Shown piece by piece: positions 57,315 through 64,000 of a stretch of DNA of 64,000 nt. A program made the translations under genes and the position numbers. This DNA is from Candidatus Ozemobacteraceae bacterium. Lineage in GTDB: Bacteria; Muiribacteriota; Ozemobacteria; Ozemobacterales; Ozemobacteraceae. The stretch is taken from positions 640,001 to 704,000 of the forward strand of contig OZ223236.1 of assembly GCA_965140445.1 (NCBI GenBank), written 5' to 3'. The first letter of the stretch is position 1. The number at the start of each line of letters is the position of its first letter. The notes under the pieces were generated by a model. That model saw nothing but the letters and a program-made list of their open reading frames with translations, did no database searches and was not told the DNA's origin.

Positions 57315-58466
57315 ATGCGAAAACAACTGGTCGCAATTTTTATTATAGTAACCATTCTTCTCATTCCCATTACTGCCAGAGCGCAGCATGCTAAATTCAT
57401 TTTCAGTATGATAAAGGATCGCGCAGTTTTGTCCAGATCTGGTGGTTCAACCTGGTTGGCTCTCGGAATGCAACCTGTAGAGGTTAAACCTGGTGATTTA
57501 CTAAGAGTTGAAGGCGAGGGGCGTGGAGAACTTCGTTACCCTGATGGAACAATTGTTAGAATGAGTTCGGGAGCTTCAATTACCATTCTCAGAAGTGGTG
57601 TCCAGCTTCAAAAAGGATATATCTGGCTTAAAGTTCGACGCCGGGCCGACATGTTTAAGGTTTTTTCTCCATTAGGTTCATGCAGTGTTCTCGGAACCTC
57701 ATTTGATGTAAATGTTGACCGGTTTGGCAAAACCAGTGTTCGGGTTTTCTCTGGAATCGTTGCCGTTCGTGCCAATGAAGACAGTCGAAATCGCCAGCTC
57801 GTTCTCCAATCAGGTATGAGGACTGTAATTAATGAAAAGACCAGAATTGACGATAAACCCATGAAATTTCAGGCCTCAACTATCGAAGCAAAATTGCTCA
57901 GTGACTGGGAAAGCCGCAAGCTCGACAACAGCTCAAACTATCTTGCTGCCCCAAAGATAGATGAAGGATTGCCTCCAATGCTTCCAGAATTGGATACAGG
58001 ACACACCATTCTTGGCAAGGAGCCTAAAAAAGAAGAAAAAGCGCCAGAGCAGGCAAAGTCTGACAGGATTCAGATCATTGCCAGACAGCGAAATGCTTTC
58101 CTCGAAAATCTCAGAAAACAGGACTTACAAAAAGATTCGGTTATCGGCAATAGATTCGAAGAAAAGGATTCTATGAAGAAAAACACCCACGGCTTCGAGT
58201 TTGGCCAGTATCACCAGCCTTCGTCGTTTATTACCGATGATCCATCATTACGAATGGAATATTTTCAGATTAGAAACCGTTTGTTGAGAGTGCAAAGCCA
58301 AATTCGCCAAAAAGAAATGGAAATGACAAGCCTTGTAAACCAGTCTGTTCCAACCTCTCAGAGCAAGCGTGACGCGCAGAGATTGCAGGCTGATCTCCTG
58401 ACTCTGCAGCAGGAGCACAAGCAGATCATACTTCGTTTAAGAAATTTACAGACAAGAAAAAGATAA
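57315..58466 (+). CDS. Secreted FecR-domain protein with C-terminal coiled coil
   Basis: PGDLLRV..DGTIVRM..SVLGTSF..VFSGIV FecR pattern. Confidence 0.8.
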   Translation: MRKQLVAIFIIVTILLIPITARAQHAKFIFSMIKDRAVLSRSGGSTWLALGMQPVEVKPGDLLRVEGEGRGELRYPDGTIVRMSSGASITILRSGVQLQKGYIWLKVRRRADMFKVFSPLGSCSVLGTSFDVNVDRFGKTSVRVFSGIVAVRANEDSRNRQLVLQSGMRTVINEKTRIDDKPMKFQASTIEAKLLSDWESRKLDNSSNYLAAPKIDEGLPPMLPELDTGHTILGKEPKKEEKAPEQAKSDRIQIIARQRNAFLENLRKQDLQKDSVIGNRFEEKDSMKKNTHGFEFGQYHQPSSFITDDPSLRMEYFQIRNRLLRVQSQIRQKEMEMTSLVNQSVPTSQSKRDAQRLQADLLTLQQEHKQIILRLRNLQTRKR

Positions 58467-58482
58467 ATTTTTTCTAAACCCA

Positions 58483-58512
58483 TTGACAAAGGGTAAAAGT
58501 AATTGGTACGAT
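58483..58512 (+). promoter_or_regulatory. Sigma70 promoter of HU
   Basis: TTGACA-18-TACGAT with extended TGG. Confidence 0.7.
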
Positions 58513-58567
58513 TTCTATTGTATTCGGTTCTAATGTAATTAATAGTTTTACCAGGAGGATCCCCATA

Positions 58568-58855
58568 GTGAAGAAAATCGAACTCGTGCGCGAAATCGCC
58601 AAAGCAACCAACATGACCCAGACTCAGGCATCTCAGGCTCTTGATGCTACCCTTACTATTATCAAGAAAGCTCTCAAGAAAAAAGATGACGTTCGTCTTG
58701 TAGGTTTTGGTTCTTTTAAGGTGACCAATCGCAAAGCCAGAACCGGCATCAACCCACAGACAAAAAAACCAATCAAGATTCCAGCTTGCAATGTTGCTAA
58801 ATTCGTACCAGGCAAAGACCTTCGCGAAATGATCAACACCACCAAGAAAAAATAA
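58568..58855 (+). CDS. hup: HU family DNA-binding protein
   Basis: VRLVGFGSF..RKARTGINPQT...IPA...KF.PGK; AGGAGG SD. Confidence 0.95.
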   Translation: MKKIELVREIAKATNMTQTQASQALDATLTIIKKALKKKDDVRLVGFGSFKVTNRKARTGINPQTKKPIKIPACNVAKFVPGKDLREMINTTKKK

Positions 58856-58870
58856 GTCTTGATCACAATG

Positions 58871-58901
58871 ACACCGGCAGAAAAAACTGCCGGTGTTTTT
58901 T
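58871..58901 (+). terminator. Terminator after HU
   Basis: acaccggcag-aaaaaa-ctgccggtgt followed by a T run. Confidence 0.85.
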
Positions 58902-58962
58902 ATTTGGAAAAGTTTAAGTTTCCACTTGCCCAGAGAATCCCTATCAGGTAAATTTAGTTCTT

Positions 58963-60645
58963 ATGAGTACTCAGAAAAAACGTCTTGGCGACATATTAAT
59001 AGATTGTAATCTTATTTCCGATGATCAACTTAAGCAGGCACTTGGCTTTCACAAAGAGAGAGGACTGAAGCTGGGCGAAGCACTCACGGAAATGGGTCTT
59101 GTTACTGAGGATGACATCATCTGGGCTCTTGGTAACCAGCTGAACATTTCTTTTGTTCACTTAAATGCTGATATTGTTGACCATGAAGTTGTGCAGATGA
59201 TTACGCCTGATTTTGCCAGAGAGCATCGCATGATGCTTCTTTATAAGGCAGGGAACCAGCTTAGCGTCTGTATGGTTGACCCACTTGATTCAAGGCCTGT
59301 TGAATACCTTGAAGGCAAGTTTGGGGTAAATGTTCAGGTTTCTATCTGTACTCTGTTCGACTTTGAGCAGACGTTTGCTGCAATTTATGGTGCAACCGAA
59401 ATAACTGACAAAGTTGCCGACGAAATTGAGTCAACTCCTGCTGAAAATACCGCGCTGGAGCGAGGTATTCCCAAAGGCATGGAAGGCCCGGAAAAAATTA
59501 TCAATTATATTCTCGGCCAGGCTATCATCAATAAAGTTGATAGAATTCATTTTGAACCAACAGAAAAGGGTGTTTTGATAAGATTTAGAACTAATTGCAC
59601 CCTTTCAAGAAAAATTGAAGTTCCAATGAAAGTTCACCATGAGGTAATTTCAAGACTCAGAAAACTTTCTCACCTGCCAGATGACGAAAAAAATCGTCTT
59701 GGTGTACAGGTTGGACACTTCAGAGTTAATGTTTCTTCAAGACTTGTTAATATCCAGTCCATTTTTTACCCGACAGTTGATGGTGAAATGGTTATTCTCA
59801 AGCTTGCAGACTTTGGAAGTATTGCTGAACAGCTTGGTAAAACAGGCCGGGCAACCCTTGAAAAAATTGGAAGATTTCTTCATGACAATTACGGCGTTCT
59901 TTATGTCACTGGCCCACGCGAATCAGGTAGAACAACAACTCAGTATTGTATTTTGAGTAGTTATGATTCAGAAACCAGAAAGATTGTTACGGTTGAAGAT
60001 CCAGTTGAAGCTTCTCTATCGAGAACAACCCAAATTCAGGTTGGCCACGTTGGAGTGAATGACCTCTCTGAAGGTTTTAAACTCGCAATGCTACTTGACC
60101 CTGATGTTATTCATGTGGAATCCGCCGATGATGCAAAGCTGGTTGAAGAAATGGCTTATGCCGGTCTTGGCGGAAAGACCATTATGACTTCCTTTCTTGC
60201 ACATGATGCTCCAAGCAGCATTGTCAGGCTGATAAATATGGGTGGAAGTGATTCGAAACACAAGGTTGACCCGGTAATTCTGGCTTCTTCCATGTGCGGA
60301 ATCGTTTGTCAGCGACTGGTTAGAACTCTCTGCAAGAATTGTCGGGAAGAAACCACAATTCCGGAAAGAATCGCTGAGCGCCTTCCATCTGAAAAGCATG
60401 GAGCTAAAGTTTTCAAAGCTAAGGGGTGCGAAGGTTGTGAAAAAACCGGATACTCCGGCAAGATGCTGATTGTGGAATTTATTCCTAATTCCCCGACTTT
60501 AAAGCAAATGATTATAAATAAACAAAGCTATCAGGATTTCTATCAGTTCGCTCGAAAAGAAGGATATCCAACCCTGGAACAGAGCGCCCTGGAATTGCTA
60601 ATTAGTGGCGATACCAGTGTTGATGAGTTCCTGAGATTGTTTTAG
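58963..60645 (+). CDS. PilB/GspE-family protein with MshEN domain and degenerate ATPase motifs
   Basis: RLGDILI..LGEAL MshEN, TVEDPVE, CKNC..CEGC; Walker A reads GPRESGRTT. Confidence 0.88.
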   Translation: MSTQKKRLGDILIDCNLISDDQLKQALGFHKERGLKLGEALTEMGLVTEDDIIWALGNQLNISFVHLNADIVDHEVVQMITPDFAREHRMMLLYKAGNQLSVCMVDPLDSRPVEYLEGKFGVNVQVSICTLFDFEQTFAAIYGATEITDKVADEIESTPAENTALERGIPKGMEGPEKIINYILGQAIINKVDRIHFEPTEKGVLIRFRTNCTLSRKIEVPMKVHHEVISRLRKLSHLPDDEKNRLGVQVGHFRVNVSSRLVNIQSIFYPTVDGEMVILKLADFGSIAEQLGKTGRATLEKIGRFLHDNYGVLYVTGPRESGRTTTQYCILSSYDSETRKIVTVEDPVEASLSRTTQIQVGHVGVNDLSEGFKLAMLLDPDVIHVESADDAKLVEEMAYAGLGGKTIMTSFLAHDAPSSIVRLINMGGSDSKHKVDPVILASSMCGIVCQRLVRTLCKNCREETTIPERIAERLPSEKHGAKVFKAKGCEGCEKTGYSGKMLIVEFIPNSPTLKQMIINKQSYQDFYQFARKEGYPTLEQSALELLISGDTSVDEFLRLF

Positions 60646-60659
60646 TAAGTGTGTAAATT

Positions 60660-62120
60660 ATGAGTGATAATTTTTTTGGAAAACTCTTCGGGGGCAACTC
60701 CGACGAAAACAGTGATTCTGGTGAAAACAAGCCCAGGCAGCCAGGGACCACATCGGCTCCTGCTTCGCCGAGGTCTCCTGCTTCACCAGCTTCCCCAACT
60801 CCAACGGCTCCTCCGGCTGCAAGGCCTGCGCCACCTTCGGCGGCTCCAGCAAGACCTACCGGGGTTCCAATGTCCCCGCGCCCTGCTTCTGCCCCACCCG
60901 CACAACCGACAGGAGTGCCATCCAGACCTCAGGCTCCCGCAGCCAGACCTGGACCACCTTCAAGCCAACCTGCTCGTCCGGCTAGACCTATGCAGGCTTC
61001 GCCAAGAGCGACCAGCGCCCCTGGAACTGCATCCAGCAATATAAATTCTGACGATGAATTTAGTATTGATGATTTGCTCAAGCTTATCTACGAAAAGGGC
61101 GGTTCGGATCTCCATCTTACTGTTGGTTCACCACCTATGCTTCGTTTACAGGGCAAATTGTGGCCAACTGATTTGCCTGCGCTTTCTCCAAAAGAGTCTC
61201 GCAGGTTGATATACCAGTTCCTGGACAATGACCAGCGTGAAAGACTGGAAAAAGATCTTGAGCTTGATATTTCCTATGAAATTTCAGGGGTATCCAGATA
61301 CAGATGTAATCTGTTCTTCACCCGTTTGGGAATGGGCGGAGTTTTCAGGGTAATTCCAACCAATATTAAAAGTCTCCAGGAACTTAAAATGCCTCCGATT
61401 TTAAGTGATCTGGCACGTAGAAACAAAGGACTTGTGCTTGTAACCGGTCCAACTGGTTCTGGTAAATCAACAACTCTGGCAGCAATGATTTCTCTCATTA
61501 ATGCCGAGCGACAAGACCACATTCTGACTATCGAAGATCCGATAGAATTTGTTCACAATCATCAATCCTGTATCGTAAATCAGCGTGAAATAGGACCTAA
61601 CACCAAGTCCTTCTCAAATGCTTTGAGATCTGCTCTTCGTGAAGATCCAGACATTATTCTCGTTGGTGAGTTGCGTGATTATGAAACAATTTCATTGGCA
61701 GTAACGGCTGCGGAAACAGGCCATTTGGTTTTTGCTACTTTGCATACTCCATCTGCTGCCCAATCTGTAGATCGTATTGTCGACGTTTTCCCTGCTCATC
61801 AGCAGGATCAGATCAGAACTCAGCTTGCAGACGCGTTACAGGGAATCATTGCACAGCAGCTTATTCCTACTATTGATGGAATGAGTCGCGCCGTAGGCCT
61901 TGAGATTCTCATTAATATTCCAGCCGTAGCAAACCTTATCCGTGAAAATAAGACTTTTCAGCTTCCTTCAATTATGCAGACCAGCAAACAAAAGGGAATG
62001 CAGACGATGGATCAGTCTCTGATGGATTTGGTTAAATCACGCAAGATATCACCTCAAGAAGCCTATAGAAGAGCCTTTGATAAAAAAGCTTTTGAACAAT
62101 ATAAACCCATGGGTGTCTAG
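60660..62120 (+). CDS. pilT: Type IV pilus retraction ATPase PilT with Pro-rich N-terminal extension
   Basis: GSDLHL, GPTGSGKST, TIEDPIE, VGELRD, GHLVFATLH, AVANLIRE and GMQT motifs. Confidence 0.93.
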   Translation: MSDNFFGKLFGGNSDENSDSGENKPRQPGTTSAPASPRSPASPASPTPTAPPAARPAPPSAAPARPTGVPMSPRPASAPPAQPTGVPSRPQAPAARPGPPSSQPARPARPMQASPRATSAPGTASSNINSDDEFSIDDLLKLIYEKGGSDLHLTVGSPPMLRLQGKLWPTDLPALSPKESRRLIYQFLDNDQRERLEKDLELDISYEISGVSRYRCNLFFTRLGMGGVFRVIPTNIKSLQELKMPPILSDLARRNKGLVLVTGPTGSGKSTTLAAMISLINAERQDHILTIEDPIEFVHNHQSCIVNQREIGPNTKSFSNALRSALREDPDIILVGELRDYETISLAVTAAETGHLVFATLHTPSAAQSVDRIVDVFPAHQQDQIRTQLADALQGIIAQQLIPTIDGMSRAVGLEILINIPAVANLIRENKTFQLPSIMQTSKQKGMQTMDQSLMDLVKSRKISPQEAYRRAFDKKAFEQYKPMGV

Positions 62121-62147
62121 CTGATAAAACAATTAACAGTTAATAAA

Positions 62148-62180
62148 AAACGAGGCAATCAAAATAAGATTGCCTCGTTT
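62148..62180. terminator. Bidirectional terminator
   Basis: aaacgaggcaatc...gattgcctcgttt between convergent genes. Confidence 0.85.
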
Positions 62181-62203
62181 CTATTTGTCTTTACCTTTAT
62201 CGG

Positions 62204-62854
62204 CTAGTCTAATCCCTTGTCTGGAGTTGAGCCTACTCTGGCAAAGGTTTTATAAATAGCTTTTGCCCGGTCAATAAAATCTATTGGCCTTATTATGCTG
62301 ATATTTCGTTTTTCGCCATCTATACCTATTTCAATTAGCCCAATGGTTTCAAGGAAATCAACAGTTTTTGCAACCTCTCTGCGTGAGCTCTTATAACTTT
62401 CGGCGATACAGTCAACAACTTGCTCATAGCGTATGTAGTTAAACCGGTCATGTTGTGCGAGCAGGTAAATGGTATTGGTTATAACAACATAAAGCTCCGG
62501 ACTGGTTGTAACTCTTTCGTTTGCTTGTTTCAGGCGGGAAACCATGGCTTTTAAAACAGCAGAAATCAGTTTGGGAGACATATTAAAGAAATCCTCAAAA
62601 TTCTTTCTGGAAATTTGAGCAACCTTGCATGGAACAAGTGCTGTAGCCGTAGCGGTTCGCTTTTGCTCTTTAAGCAAAAGTGCCATTTCACCAAAAACCG
62701 CAACTGGCTTGAGAACATTCAATACGGTTTTGTTTTTGCCTTCAAAAATTGCAATTTCGATGGACCCTTCAGTAAGGATATAGGCGGTATTACCTATTTC
62801 GTTCTGGCGAAAAATTAAAGCGCCGCGAGGATATTCCTTAACCTTGGATTCCAT
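62204..62854 (-). CDS. cNMP-binding (Crp/Fnr-like) protein
   Basis: IFRQNE.G..AYIL..G and FGEMAL...RTATA; C-terminal wHTH-like region. Confidence 0.85.
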   Translation of the reverse strand: MESKVKEYPRGALIFRQNEIGNTAYILTEGSIEIAIFEGKNKTVLNVLKPVAVFGEMALLLKEQKRTATATALVPCKVAQISRKNFEDFFNMSPKLISAVLKAMVSRLKQANERVTTSPELYVVITNTIYLLAQHDRFNYIRYEQVVDCIAESYKSSRREVAKTVDFLETIGLIEIGIDGEKRNISIIRPIDFIDRAKAIYKTFARVGSTPDKGLD

Positions 62855-62949
62855 AACCGCTCCTACAAATTGTTATCTGGTATAATTTTAAGTCGGATCA
62901 ACAAAACAGGCAACTATATATCTTTGTTTAATACCCGCAGACTGCAGAA

Positions 62950-63918
62950 ATGAAAAAAATGACCATGCTGAAAAGTTTAAATAGCAATATTGACAGGCGT
63001 TTACCGTATTTTTCAATTGGAATTTTACTGTTTTCAAATTTTGGGTATTTGCATGCTGGCCATTTTGCATTTGAGCTCTTTTCTCACTTTGCATTTCAAT
63101 ACCTGTTTCTGGGTATCATTATTCTATTATTTGCAATTTTCAGGCGTTTTTGGGCAAGCGCAGCCATAATAACTGTGGCGATACTTATAAATCTAGGTGA
63201 GCTTGCCCCATACATCCATTCTAACGCCAACGAAACTCAAGTAACCAACTCCCAGCCCCTAAAGGTGTTTTTGGCTAACGTGTTGAGCTCAAATCAACAT
63301 TTTGATCAACTGATAAGTCATATAAATTATGAAAAACCTGAAATCATTATTCTTCAGGAAATAAATGACCGTTGGGCAGCTAATCTTGAAAAATTGAATG
63401 TCGAATATCCTTTTCAAAGAATTCTTCCAAGAAATGATAATTTTGGAATGGCGATTTATTCAAAATATGAACTGGCAAATCAGAAGATTCTTGATTTCTC
63501 TGAATTGGCTATTCCAAGTATTTCCGCTGAGATTAAACTGCCTTCTGGAAGGTCGTTTCGGTTGATTTCTACCCATCCGATACCACCAATTTCTGCCAGA
63601 GCTGCTGCTTTGAGGAACAATCATCTGCTTTCTCTTGCAGCAGAAGTATTGAAAATCAAAAAAGATGCTATTGTTGCTGGAGATTTGAATGCAACAATGT
63701 ATTCCTATCCCTATAAGCAAATGATTCGTGAATCCGGTTTGATAAACGTCAGAACTGCAAAAGGTTTGTTCCCCACATGGCCGGCAAAGCTTGGAGGCTT
63801 TGGCATACCCATAGATCATATTCTCTATAAGGGCTCAATCAGTTGTAAAAAGTTAGGAACTCTAAGCAATTTTGGGTCTGATCATCTTCCGTTAGTTGCA
63901 GAGCTGCAATTCAATTGA
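62950..63918 (+). CDS. Endonuclease/exonuclease/phosphatase family membrane protein (YafD-like)
   Basis: N-terminal TMs; ANV, LQE, AGDLN, IDHI and GSDHLP motifs. Confidence 0.9.
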   Translation: MKKMTMLKSLNSNIDRRLPYFSIGILLFSNFGYLHAGHFAFELFSHFAFQYLFLGIIILLFAIFRRFWASAAIITVAILINLGELAPYIHSNANETQVTNSQPLKVFLANVLSSNQHFDQLISHINYEKPEIIILQEINDRWAANLEKLNVEYPFQRILPRNDNFGMAIYSKYELANQKILDFSELAIPSISAEIKLPSGRSFRLISTHPIPPISARAAALRNNHLLSLAAEVLKIKKDAIVAGDLNATMYSYPYKQMIRESGLINVRTAKGLFPTWPAKLGGFGIPIDHILYKGSISCKKLGTLSNFGSDHLPLVAELQFN

Positions 63919-64000
63919 TTTTGACACCTCTTTTTACCCAGGCAGGTCAAACTTTCTATTAGTTTGAGAAAAATTTCTCTTGCTTTAATTTGTGTTACTT

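Overview
64 kb of AT-rich chromosomal DNA from a diderm bacterium. The gene content (many Sec-exported hypotheticals, Cys3His pilin-like modules, PilB/PilT, HME-RND efflux) resembles Candidatus Riflebacteria-type genomes, but that placement is inference only. Most of the window is ordinary: U32 peptidase, GNATs, methyltransferases, MFS, NfeD/flotillin, subtilase, M23, DAACS symporter, hybrid kinase, S9 peptidase, ackA, Cus-like efflux operon, YyaL, tRNA-Leu(CAA), HU, PilB/PilT, Crp-like and EEP proteins. The standout is a ~715-bp unit present three times in direct orientation (2736-3450, 8249-8963, 10377-11093). Each copy has upstream dyad boxes, a consensus sigma54 promoter, a gene for a 135-aa secreted, extremely Lys-rich protein and a terminator hairpin. 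A decayed fourth fragment lies at 8092-8237, and different accessory genes sit between the copies. Other notable items are a PilB with an intact MshEN domain but degenerate ATPase motifs next to a PilT with a Pro-rich extension, a pseudo-histidine kinase, an ARE-type ABC-F with a uORF/anti-SD attenuator, repeated Cys3His pilin-like modules in non-pilin secreted proteins, a secreted kinase-like protein, and an AT-rich putative defence islet beside tRNA-Leu. No integrase, transposase, reverse transcriptase or CRISPR array was seen. Family calls come from motif recognition, not database searches.
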